DNA of 64,000 nucleotides from Eledone cirrhosa (lineage: Eukaryota). Both the position numbers and the translations under genes were made by a program. Position 1 is the stretch's first letter, and each line of letters starts with the position of its first letter. The stretch lies in NCBI GenBank assembly GCA_964016885.1, contig OZ024741.1, forward strand, positions 237,336,001 through 237,400,000, written 5' to 3'. Shown one piece after another: positions 51,665-64,000 of this stretch. A model generated the notes under the pieces. The model had not been told where the DNA came from. It made no database searches and was given only the letters and a program-made list of their open reading frames with translations.

Positions 51665-54600
51665 TTTTATTTCTTAGGCAAATCTACCATGAAAATGTAC
51701 TTACTTCATATTTATTTTAATCGTGGCTCGGTTATATGTTTGTCTATATTCCAGATTTTCCCTTTCGTAATATCATGTGAGAATTCGTACAAACTGTTGC
51801 CTTCATTTTAAAATTTTAGAAGCGGTAAAGATTTGTTTCCCTATATGGTGATCTTGGCAACACTTCGAAATTTCTTTCTTTCTAAGCGCCTGAATATTAG
51901 GTCACAAATTTGATCCCCCTTACAATCTGGAGAGATGGTCAATATTGAGCGTTGAAACCTTAGGTAGCGCTTTAATTCCGTGTATGAACATAAATAAATA
52001 TATATATATATTCTCAAAAGCTAAATGAGATCTGTTTCAAATTGATCGATTATATTGAGAAATTTTCCATTGAATATTTTAAAAGTCGATCGTAGAATTA
52101 AAATAAATCACCCAAACAAACAAGGTTTTTTTTTTGTCTGTTTTTGTTTCTTCACAAAAAACAACGCCTTTTTAGAATTGAAAAGTGAAGTTCAGTTAGA
52201 ATTTTTCTGTGTCAAAGAGACATTTTCAAGATGATTTACAAATTGGTTGTGGCTTTAAGAAGACAAAGAACAAATAAAACATGAGATTTGTGAGTTATTT
52301 CACATAAAAATGAATGGAGGGAAAATGCACTAATTATTTTCTTTTCTTCCGTTTTCAGTTCTCCGTTGTGCGGCCGTATCCCTCCTGATAGTCTGCCAAC
52401 GACATAGTTTATCGATTTAAAACGACATAAAAATAAACAAAAGGGCAGCTAGCGTTCGTGTGACCTGCTAACAAACGCCGCTGAGACACGTCATGGCTGT
52501 GTCTTTCACATTCAATACAGAGTTCATTGTTTAAAGAGAACCCCAGACAGATGTTTTCTATTTATCTTCCTGTGTTTGTTGTTTTCGTTTCATCAGGATG
52601 AAACTGTGTAGGTGGAAGTCGCTAGAGAATAACTGCTTGGTTTTTGTTTCTTTTCTTTTTTTTTGTGAGTGTGAACGTTTTCGACTATTTTAGATGAAAC
52701 TCATTCTCTATCGATTGGTATTAGAGAAACAATAGCATTACAATAGGGTTTTCAGTCGCCAATACAACCATTAGTGGCTGTTATTGCTAGAAACATAGAC
52801 ATCAGTTTTGAAAGTGAAAAGCTAGATTTCAATAACAATAATTATTAATATGATACAGGCATGGTTGAGTAGTTAATAATTTCACTTTGCAACCACAAGT
52901 ACAAGTTAAATGGGATCTCAAACAGGTTGACAGGTAAGGAAAACTTCGTATGTAGATGCACAAGAGCAATATTTAGCAGTAAAGAGTAAAATAAATTCTT
53001 TCAAATGCTAAGAAAAGAAAACTTCAATATTTTTTGGCAATTACAACATTGATATTGTGCTGCAAATGTCAATTGCATTCATTTAAGTTTTGCAATAATA
53101 CCATACTATGTATGTATGGACCTGCAATTCCTGTTGTAGTTGTAGGAGTGCCGTTGTCACATACAGCGTGTCTTGGGCACTTTAAACCTGATGGAGCCCA
53201 CTCCCTCTCTAGGTCTGAAAATAGCCTATTGGACAGATGTTAGGGCGGTGGATTGGAAGCATCGGACAACATGCCTCGTGGCATAGAGTTACAGCCCTTT
53301 ACGTTTTGAGTTCAAATCCCGCCGAGGTTAGCTTTGCCTTTCATCCTTACGGAGTCGATAAAAGAAAGTACCAAACACTCACTGGGATCGATTTAAACGA
53401 CATTCCCTCTCCCCAAAAATGGTTGGCCTTGTGCTTAAATCAGAAACCATTAAACAACCAGGTACCTTTCCTGGTGAAATAAGACAACAGTTTCGTGTGC
53501 TATCAATTAGGCTAACTTTCTAATATGCTGAAGAGGATTTGATTTTCCCGGAAAAAGGGGGGGGGGCCTCGGACTCCTCCCCCACTCCCGCGTTTTCTTT
53601 ATCAATGTTTCATGTTACCTCTGAACATGTTGCAAAGGACTTTTTTCCACGGAAAACGGAGGAAGATGGATCCTCGGACCCCCCCCCCCCCCTGTTTGCT
53701 TTATAGTACATGAAATCAGTGGGGATATCTTTCTATAATAATACTAAAATAAGTACGAGACTTGAAAAAAAAGAGCATTGGGGTCAATACTATTGATTAA
53801 ATCGAGGCCGTGCTCCAGCATGGCTGCAGTCAAATCACTGAAATAGTAAAACAATTTGTACACATACACACACATGCATGTATGTATGTATATTCTATGT
53901 ATGTGTCTTCGTCTCCAGGTCAACTTGGCCCGTTTTGTCACATATTGTACGACTTGAATATCGTACATTTAATTCTATACACATAAGATTTCTTTGATCT
54001 TAGTACTCCAAATTCTGTCAGACATGTTAACCTAGATGGACCAGCAGTGCTATTGGTAGAGGTTGAAACTGTCTACCTTCATTTCAAAAGCCGATGACCA
54101 CAGGGTTTTGAACTTGTTGCAATGTGTGTGTGTACATTAGCATGGCAAATGGATGCAAAACATACCTATATATATATATATCAGTACTGACCATGTCCAC
54201 AACAGGACAACCCGTCAAACCCATGCTAGCATGGAAAAATTGACGTAAAACGGTAATGATGATGATAATAATGTATATATATTAATTAATTTTCCCGTCT
54301 TTACATAAGTGTGATATCTTATTTATTGGAGCAACTATTTTGACAGTTAGATGATACCTTTCCAGCTATTAACCACACAACCATGAATAGAAATGGACAT
54401 CCAGGCAAACTAGAATAAGACATTTTAGATGTCTTGCTTAGATACACTAGCAGAATTATTGTAGTGATGGATTAAATGCTGTGTGACATTTGTACTGCCA
54501 TTGAGGTCAATTTTGCCTTCCATTTATTTGGGGATCAATAAATAAAGTATTAGTCCAGTGGTCATGGATTAGTGGAATTGCTAAAGCATTGGATGATATG

Positions 54601-57600
54601 CTTTTGAGTGTATTACCCAGCCTTTCACATTCTGAATTTAAATTCATTATGAGAGAAACTTTTGTGTCCTTTGTGGTATGAGATGAAGTAGGTGGGTCTC
54701 CCATTTTCTTTATTAATTTTCCTCATTTTTTTTTTTAGATTAAAATTGTTTTTATATACTAATATATAAATTGTGTTTTTCAATAAAAAATAATTCCACA
54801 TTCTGTCAAACCTGTACATGATCAATGAGGACACATTAGTCTAAAACTAGCATAGCTGCTGAGACTTCCTAATACAGTGGATTGAATACAGGTCTGTAGA
54901 AGTATATAAGTTGCTAACTATATGGTCAATAGTTTCAGCAATCTGACCTCACTGGCTTTGAGGTGAACTACTTTGATACCAACCTTAAGACTAAGTTGCC
55001 AGTCTTCCCAAACCACCACTTTTAAAAGTGTTGCTAATTAAATAAAAGATCCTAACCAGAACATCCTTATATAGGTGCTGGCATAGCTGTGTGGTTAAGA
55101 AGTTTGCTTTGCAATCACGTTTGTTTCAGGTTTCATCCCACTACATGGTTCCTTGAGCAAGTTTCTTCACTTATAGCTTGAATAATAGAATAAGTATGTA
55201 TACACCTGCAACTCCTGATGTGGGTATTTTTTAAACCTGGCAGAACCCATCTCCTCTCCAGCTCTAAACATAACCAATCTCTTCCAGAGATAGGGGAAGA
55301 CCCCAATACTTAACCTCAAAAGAATGAAAGTTGACGTTGGCAGGATATGGAATGAACATTTTAGCCAACGTTCTAATGTCTTTACCAATTTGCAACCCTA
55401 GTATAATTAGTACCATACTTTAAAAAATTAGAGTTGGCTTCAGGAAGGGTGTCCAGCTATAGAATATTGCCTTTAAAATATTTCATACAACCCACATGAA
55501 AATGAACATAAAAACAATGATGAGGATGCAAACTTGGTAGTATAAATCCCATCAAAAGTCACTGCCAAACTTTTTCAAATTCTGATTTGATTGAAACATA
55601 CACACAGGCAATGATTCATTGTCAGAAATAGTATTGTAAAAGGGTTATAGTTAAAATGTTGAGCTACTTACTGCTGACCAACACAGGTTCCCTTCCTACT
55701 TCAAGACTCAGTGTTTAATATAGCAGTTCTCAACCTGAGGTCTGCAAAGATAATAATGGGTGTCTATGAACTAAGTTAAAAATTTCAAATCAACATCATT
55801 TAACATTTTCCATACTTGTACGGGTTGGACGAGTTGTCATGTACTGTGCCTAGACTAGTCAGGTGATCATGACCTGCTCATATGCTTCATTTTAGTTTGG
55901 TTTCTACAGCTGAATGCCCTTCTTAACAACAACCACTTTACAGCATGTACTGCGAACATTCTATCACGAGGATGGACTGAGTGCACTTCATCACGGCACC
56001 AGCACTATCACTTTACAGGGTGGCCTGAATGCATTTTATCATGGCACCAGCACTACCTCATTACAACACTAGGGTGCTTAGTATCCTTGGTCTGGCTGGA
56101 GAGGCATTGGTTGGGGATGTTAAAAAAATATAAACAAACTATTGAGTATCCATTATTCTTTAAGTGTAAGTATTTCTCTTTTGATTGTTATTCTGTCTGT
56201 ATAACAATTTGGAGGAGAAGAATTGTAACAGAAAATTCATTTAAATAAAATTGGTTGGAAATGACTGGTTAGTAATTCTTTTTTCCTAACATTGGCACAA
56301 TGCCAGCAATTTGGTTGAAGGGGAAGTCAATTATATCGACCCAGTACTTGACTTGTACTTTATTTTATCAACTCCAAAAGGATGAAAGACAAAGTTGACC
56401 TCAGAACATAAAGAGTCGCAACTAAGTACCAGAAAGCATTTTGTTCTATGCTTTAGCAATTCTGCCAATCCACCACACTTCACAAGATTAATAATTTCTA
56501 ATCTAGACACAAGGCCTGCATTTTAAGGAGAAAGTCGATTATATTTGCCCCAGTATTTGACTGGTACTTATTTTATCAATTCTGGAAGGACAAAAGGCAA
56601 AGTAAATCTCAGCAGGGTTTGAACTCAGAACACAAAGGGTTGCAACTAAATGCCAAAAATCATTTTGTTCTACTCTGCCAATCCACCAGCCTTCACATAT
56701 ATATATACAACACAACAAAATGAAGTCAACAGCAAAAAAATATACATTCTTTAAATTTTATTTAGTGTGTGGCATGGGATAGAGGGGAGACATAAAAGAC
56801 CAACAAGTGAGGTGTTGAGTCAAACTGGAAGATTCCAGTTTATATAGCCTGGAGTTAAACTAATGTCTCCACTATGTTTGAAGTCTATGATACCACTCAA
56901 ATTTGGAGTGGGGTTGAGATTTTACTTGAGACTGGAGAGTTAAGCTGACAGTTCTACCCCAAAATTGGAAGTCGAGTTGATGTCCCCACTCAACACAGTT
57001 TAATAACTCTATCTCAAGTACAATACTATAATAAAGATGAGTGATTGAAGGGATTCCTCACTCCATATTTATGATTACTGATTCAAATTGAAATGAGAGG
57101 AAGAAAACACTGACCATGAAAATAAACAAAACAAAATTTTGAAACATATTCTATACAAAAAACAAAATACTTCCACATGTGATGAGAGAATTAGTGAGGT
57201 GAGTGGTGACGAAACCACATGAGCTGTAAGATGAGGAATAAAGTCACATGACCATATGACAATGACTGCTCAGGTGGGTATCTAGGTTACATGGATATAG
57301 TTGAGATGGATGACCAGAACTGTGTAAAAGTGAAGAGAATGACAAAGTTATCATAAATGACCAAGTGATATATTGAGTTGTAGAAGGAGTAGGTGAGACA
57401 CCATGATGACAAACAATACAATTATTAGGAAGAATCTTTCTTTGTCAAAGGGTAGACAACTCTAAAAGTCAAGATCTCAGGTCAGAAAATGGTAGATGGT
57501 ACGATGGATATAAAGTCAAAAAATGAATGGTATGATAGGTGGGGATAAGACAAGATGACGTATGGGGTGAAACAAATACATTACTAAAAGAAACAGCAAC

Positions 57601-58363
57601 AAAAACACAATCCCTTCCTCTCCTAGTTTCATTTGAATTTCCCACCAGTGTCTCAGTAGAACACAGAGACACATCCCGACCTGCTTCCTATGTAATGTTA
57701 CGTGACCAGGGAAATTGTCATATAGTCTGTTTTACACTTATCTGACACAGATTCAAGAATGTTTTAGATGATCTAGTGTAACTGTGAGGAAGAGGAAGAG
57801 GTATAATCACAGGATGTATACATGTGAATGCAGAAATGCTCCTCTTGCTATGACCTGCAGTACATTTTCCTGCTATATAGTCATACACTGTCTCTGCTAC
57901 ACTGCTATATATTCAGTCTCTGTTACAATACTCTGCTGTGTTGTCAGATGTTTCATGTGTGGTGACACAGTGTTACAAAGCCTTGTTACACAGGTTAGTT
58001 TACTGATGTATTATCAGTCTTACATGGATTTGTTCTATAATCCTATATTGACTTGACTGTAGTTAAGCTGTTATCTTCAACAGTACTAAGGTGTAATACT
58101 TCTTGTCTGCCACAATACATTATTACACATATAGTTATGGTGGTTTTCTGTCACAGTGTAACACCACACCTTTATATGTCACAGAGTAACTAATTTTATT
58201 GCCACAGTGTAACACTAAATTTCATTGTGTAAACCATATTACTGATGTGGCATGTAGAAAAAGGTTGTTATAATAATGTGTTTTACTGGATTACATTGTT
58301 ACTCTGTCATGTTACAATGTGACAGAGGAACTCCAACAGTATTTCTAGCATACTAACATTCCA

Positions 58364-59896
58364 CTAATGCTTTCCTTTGTGATGAGAGTTGGGTTTGTTC
58401 AGATCCAATTGTATTCCATGTTTATTTGGATGTTGGTTGTTACAACCAGTTTCAGCACTACACACCACTCCCACACCACTGCTGTGCACTCCAACAATGC
58501 CGCCATTGCAAGGAAACACACTGCCGGGGGGGACTGTAGGCACGGCAGCGCTATCACTCCAAGCAGTGACAGGAAAGCCACGAGACCAACAGTAGCTGTT
58601 TGACAGTCTGTCTGGCACCATAACTTGGTGTGGGTGCAAATGGTCCTGGGGGTGTGTGCTAAATGATGAGGCACAACATGGTGATGCACTCATCATTAAC
58701 GAAGCTGAAGAGGCAGGAGGCACATTAAGAGTGTGAACAGTTTGTTGTTGCGATGAAGGCGTAGTTGAAACTGGAGCTGGCGGTGTTGAATTCATGTCAA
58801 CAACAGATGTACTTGCACTTTCTGTTGTTGACTGTGATGAAGCTTTCTGAATGTCTTCTGAAGTGTGTGTACGTTCATGCTTTTTCAGATTAGCTCGCTG
58901 TGAGAATGATTTTTGACAGATCAAACATGTGTATGGTTTTTCACCACTGTGGATACGCTTATGGTTGTTGAGATGTGCACGCTGTGCAAATGATTTGGAA
59001 CAGGTTGTGCACCTGTATGGCCTCTCTCCACTGTGAATACGCTCATGGTTGTTTAAGTGATCTCGTTGAGCAAAAGACTTGGAGCAAACACCACAGTGAT
59101 AGGGTTTCAAGCCGGTATGGATGCGCTCATGGTTGTCCAGGTTACTACGCTGTGCAAATGACTTGCCGCAGTAAGCACAGCTGAATGGACGAAGACCAGT
59201 GTGCACTCGCTCATGTTTAGCAAGATGTGCACTCTGGCTGAATCCTTTGCCACAGAATGTACAGTGAAATGGCTTCTCACCAGTGTGTATGCGATGGTGG
59301 TTTTTCAAATGAGCTCGCTGTGAAAAAGCTTTGGAGCAAACTTGACATTTAAAAGGTCGATGACCGCTGTGAGTCCTTGAATGGTTGTTAAGGTGGTCTT
59401 TCTGAGTGAATGACTTCTGACAAATGTCACAGTGAAAGTTTCTTTCTCCTGTATGAATAACTTGGTGACTCTTCAACTTATCTCTCTGTGAAAAGGCCTT
59501 AAAGCAATAGCCACAACTGAAATGCTTTTCTGTAGCAGGGGCATTTTCATGATGGTCCAAGTTTGCTCTGCGAGAGAAGGCTTTCCGGCATATATCACAC
59601 TTAAATGGCTTCTTACCTGCAGCAGTGGCATTGTTGCTGCTGTTGCTTACATGTTGATGATTAGCTGAAGACACAGCAGGTACAGAGCTGGAAATTCCTG
59701 GGGCAATGATAGATGTTTGAAGTGGTAGTGGGGGTTGTGGTGGAGGAGGAGGAGGTGGTGGCAGTGATGGTTGTTGTGGGACTGGTTGTTTCAAGTTCAC
59801 TTTCAGCTGTTGTGGCTGGTGATGGTGATGGTGGTGGTGATGCAAGTCATTTTGAGGAAAAGCTTGTGGAAATGCCATAGACTGTACTGAATACAT
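58364..59896 (-). CDS. C2H2 zinc-finger transcription factor (~510 aa) with poly-His/poly-Pro N-terminus
   Basis: Eight tandem complete fingers plus one degenerate finger, with HTGEKP linkers. Acceptor TTCTCTTCCTTCTCTGACCAG ends at 59920. The first in-frame ATG is at 59896 (the ORF track starts at a TTG); an upstream coding exon is possible. Confidence 0.95.
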   Translation of the reverse strand: MYSVQSMAFPQAFPQNDLHHHHHHHHQPQQLKVNLKQPVPQQPSLPPPPPPPPQPPLPLQTSIIAPGISSSVPAVSSANHQHVSNSSNNATAAGKKPFKCDICRKAFSRRANLDHHENAPATEKHFSCGYCFKAFSQRDKLKSHQVIHTGERNFHCDICQKSFTQKDHLNNHSRTHSGHRPFKCQVCSKAFSQRAHLKNHHRIHTGEKPFHCTFCGKGFSQSAHLAKHERVHTGLRPFSCAYCGKSFAQRSNLDNHERIHTGLKPYHCGVCSKSFAQRDHLNNHERIHSGERPYRCTTCSKSFAQRAHLNNHKRIHSGEKPYTCLICQKSFSQRANLKKHERTHTSEDIQKASSQSTTESASTSVVDMNSTPPAPVSTTPSSQQQTVHTLNVPPASSASLMMSASPCCASSFSTHPQDHLHPHQVMVPDRLSNSYCWSRGFPVTAWSDSAAVPTVPPGSVFPCNGGIVGVHSSGVGVVCSAETGCNNQHPNKHGIQLDLNKPNSHHKGKH

Positions 59897-62800
59897 CTTT
59901 CTTTGGGCATAATCCAAAACTGGTCAGAGAAGGAAGAGAAATGTCAGTAGTTTTAGTCAATACACTCTATCAATGGGGTCTGTATTTCCATGTGTCTTAA
60001 TTCAAACAAAGATTTATATAAGTAATGTTATAAAAAAAAATGTTCTCAAATAAGCACAAGGCCAGACATTGGAGATGGGAAGACAGAACAGTCAAATATA
60101 TCAGTTCTCAGTACTTGATTAGACCTTATTTAATAATAACAATAATCCAACTTTGAATGGATTCTTCTTTTAGTGAAAGTATACCATTAAACATCAGATC
60201 CCTCACTGTTGGATACTGGTGTTTCTTAGCAACAGCTTTCTTTTCTGATTGTCTCTTTAACAGTGTTTCAAATGTCAAAAGCACTTATAAATACTCTCTA
60301 AATGTTTTCCATTTCAACAATTAGCAAGATTATAGAATACACTGAATATTTTATTTGTTTTTGTTTCTTCAGAATATTTTTAGGATTTTCTTCAATTTCA
60401 CTAAAATATGTACACATGTACACATAACAGGAGAAATGTATATGGTTAAGTATGGAGCATATATACACACAACAGAAGTATATATAGTTAAGAGTAGTAG
60501 TTTTTCTCAGGAAGACTTGTCTGAAAGTGTGCGCTAAGATATAAAACGAGGACTAAAAAGTCTGTGGCACTGAGATGTTTCTTATTTCAATTTATTTGAC
60601 AGTAATTCTTGTTATGAAAGGAAGTTTCCAGAATACTCTTCACAGATACAGTCAGTCAATCCAATACTGAAAGAACACAAAAAACTTGTTCTAGAATAAG
60701 CTTAACAGAATTATCAAACAATAAACATCAACTAAATACAAAATACAAACAGCATTAAGAAGGTTAACAGACATATATTTACACTGCCTAGCCTGCTAAA
60801 AATCACACCTTATCTTAAAACAGGACACATCAGTTAATTAGTCCTAAATACATTGTCTGAGAAAATAATGGATAGTCATAGCTGGAATGCCTTTGATCAT
60901 AAGTCTGCTAGATGATCTGGGGCTAAACAACAAGGAAGGGCATATTCGATAATGTAGTAATAGATACAAAGACAATCTGATATTAAAAGCACCATTACCA
61001 CAAGTCCTAGTTACACAGTGCCTGAATAAAAGTTGATTATCAATCTGCTAGATTAAGGCTTACCTGGAGCTAAACAACAAGGAAGAACATACTGAATAAT
61101 GTAGTTTCAAATACACAGATAACCTGATACTAAAAAAGAACAAGAGCATTATGGTTACTAATATAGTCCACACATACTGTCTGAATAAATGATGTTATCT
61201 TTCAGCAGGTAGAATCTTCATTAGCGAGATTCGGACTGGCCCGGGATTAAACAACAATAAATATCAAAGCTGTGAATTTAATGGGTCAGTCAGAAGAGGA
61301 AGAGCAGTGCCCATGACTATATTTCAGGACTTACAAAGGAATGCTGAGAGGAAGTTACCCAAAACCTGAACCAAATGCTTGCAACAAAGTGGACTCCACT
61401 AAAAGGTATCCAAGGACTGGGTGGTGGTGTTAAACTGGGTGATGGATTAAGTCAGCTACACAAGAACAGGAATGTGGTTTCTGATGGGCTTCCACACAGT
61501 TTCTGTTTCTATCGCAATTCCTTCTCTCCGAACAACTTTTCCCCTCTTCATAACCAGCACACCGCATTTAACTCAAGGTTATAACCAAATCAGGTACTTA
61601 TTTTAATAATCCCATTTTGTCAAACTATGAATAAACAGTAAACAAACACAGATCAAGCTTCCATGCAGTTTCTGTCTACCCAATCTCACTCATAAGGCAT
61701 GTAGTTGCATAATAAACTTCTTAACCACACAGCCTGCACATATAAAAAGAAATTAAATCCTACATGTTATGAGTTAACATTTTTATGTCCATTTTCCCAT
61801 GCTTTGCAGAGAATGAATGAAGCTCAGAGCTTATCTCGAATTCATGGGTGTTAAGCAACTGAGAATATAAGACTCTTTCCAAGAATGGAAAGCGAGTCTG
61901 TCAAAGAGCTAACTCCTAGTTACTACTGACACCCATTTTTAGCTAAGTGAACTGGAACAATGTTAATTGAAATGCCTTGCTCAAGGACACAAGGTGTCAG
62001 TTAATCTAGGAAATGAACCCATAACCTTATGATCATGACCCCAACACTCTAACCACTAGGTTTTATTTAATGTTTAGTCAGAGAGAGAAGAGCTGTGCCC
62101 ATTACCGATTTTCAGGGCTTCTAAGAGCAGTGTGAGGGAAGGAAGGTTTCCTCAAACCTAAAGTCTAATTCAAATGCTTGCAACAAAGTGGACTTAGCTA
62201 AAGGGATCTGAAGGTCATGTGATGGATTAAGTCTACCATGCAAGAAGACCACAGAAGCATTAAACTCAGAGAATATAAAGAACCATAATAAATACTGCAA
62301 GGCATTTAACAATTTCTCCAATACAATACTGTTATTTTATTTTATCAATCATAAAAATTGGGGAAGAGTTATTTAGATAATTTGCTTAATTTAGAAACCA
62401 TTATTGGTGCAATGGATAAAATACCTTGCAACAATTTATTATGTCCTTTTACTTTCTGAGTTCAAATCCTTCCAAAGTCAACTTTGTTTTTCATCCTTCC
62501 AGGGTTCATAAGGTAAGGTACTAGTTATGCAATATGACAACTGCACTGTCCTCCTAAAATCGGTGTTCTTGTGTCAGTGTTAGAAACAATATAGTGCTCT
62601 TTATTGTTACTATTCATTTCGTCATTTTACTTGATTGATCCCTTATTGATTTTTAAAAGTATTTCGTCTTGGACCACTGTGGCCAATAAAAAAAATGAAG
62701 ACTGATCCAATGGTTTAATAGTTGAAATTGGACAGCAGAAAATAACTGCAGCTCATACCATTTAAAACAAACAGGAATGGTTATGTCAAGCTAAATAGCA

Positions 62801-64000
62801 TCCCTTGTGAAAGGGACAGGATGTTCACGAATGGGACAATTATGATTATAGGGTTGCTTAATCAGAGATTACCCGAAACAAAACAAAACACGCATAGAAA
62901 TCGTAGAATGAAGCATATTTATAGAAAGTAGTAGTAGTAGTTGTATGTGTGTATTTGTATGTATGTACATGTGAGTGTGTATATTTATATAAACTTGTCA
63001 GTTAATACCAAGAATTACCCCAACACGCATATACAAATATAAACACACGCATATGTGTGTGCATGTTTACAATATTATTAATCGTATTATGAACATTTCA
63101 ACTACACAAAAGCTCTCTCTCTCTATATATATATGTGTGTGTGTGAGGAGCAAACCACAGGCTAATTTACATACCGTATGTATATATGCGTGTATGTGTA
63201 TACATATACGTGTATATATGTGTGTGTTTGTGTGACGACAAAAATGTCTGTAACTGCACTAAAAATACAGACAATTAAGCAAACAATATTCTCTGGACAA
63301 ACCATGAATATAACACACATCAATACACATAAAAAAACAATCTAAATATGTTTCAGGCTAAACAGGAAAACGAAGCTTACCTAAAGAAACTTGTTAGATT
63401 CCAGTTTGTGAAGAGGGTACATCAGTGGCTATAATACAGTGACCGATATACAAGGTAACTACCGTCATACATTGATCCCTCATTTAAGAATACTCTCATT
63501 TAACTTCTGTAAAACGAACACAAAGCCCTTCGTGGATTTCTGCGAGAAAAGAGAGAGAGGATTTAAAAAAGGAGATTTAAATAAGGGGATTATCTTTGTT
63601 TCAAGAGACAATGGTTCACGAAGAAGACTTCCTTAAGACCTATGATAGCAGAATGAATCGGTCTGAGCAATAACAGGAAGAGAATTTAAAAGGAGGAAGA
63701 TAAGTATACTTACCTTGGAATGTTATGTTTACCAAAATAGTAAGGTGTGTGTATATATATATATGTGTATATATATAGGGAAAGTATATATGTGTAAGTA
63801 TAACTATTATACTATATGTTTACTTATTTGTGGACATATGTGTTTCAGCTCTGGCGGTGTACATGGAGGAGACACAACTGCCACCCTTTGTATATCTCCT
63901 TTTCTCATACATTCTGTTTCTCTTTCATCTTCCCTCTTTTACACTAACTTACTCTCTCTCTTTGTGTCTTAGGTAAAGGGAGATAATCTAGCCAAAGCAC

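Noticed and set aside
43128-59184. Antisense and alternate-frame ORFs overlapping the ZNF genes and the 342-aa ORF
   Set aside because: Short shadow frames of real coding sequence with no independent support.

Overview
AT-rich, microsatellite-dense animal genomic DNA, most likely an octopus/coleoid cephalopod (inferred from the SINE/RTE repeat families and single-exon C2H2 zinc-finger genes). The first ~29 kb is a nest of decayed mobile elements, mostly bounded by (TA)n/(CA)n tracts: two Penelope-like element (PLE) families, RTE and CRE-like LINE fragments, a hAT transposase remnant, SINEs and MITEs. It ends at an intact tRNA-Lys(CTT) gene, with a decayed copy nearby. The rest (30-64 kb) is CpG-poor and holds two convergent C2H2 zinc-finger genes, an intronless 342-aa ORF of unknown function between them, a non-autonomous Helitron and a ~3-kb 60/61-bp minisatellite. 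The main hidden signal is about 13 type I hammerhead ribozyme (HHR) motifs from roughly eight sequence families between 5.7 and 28.5 kb. They include a non-coding double-hammerhead repeat with compensatory base changes between copies and two motifs with a non-canonical CCGAUGA core. All calls were made by eye; boundaries of decayed repeats are approximate.
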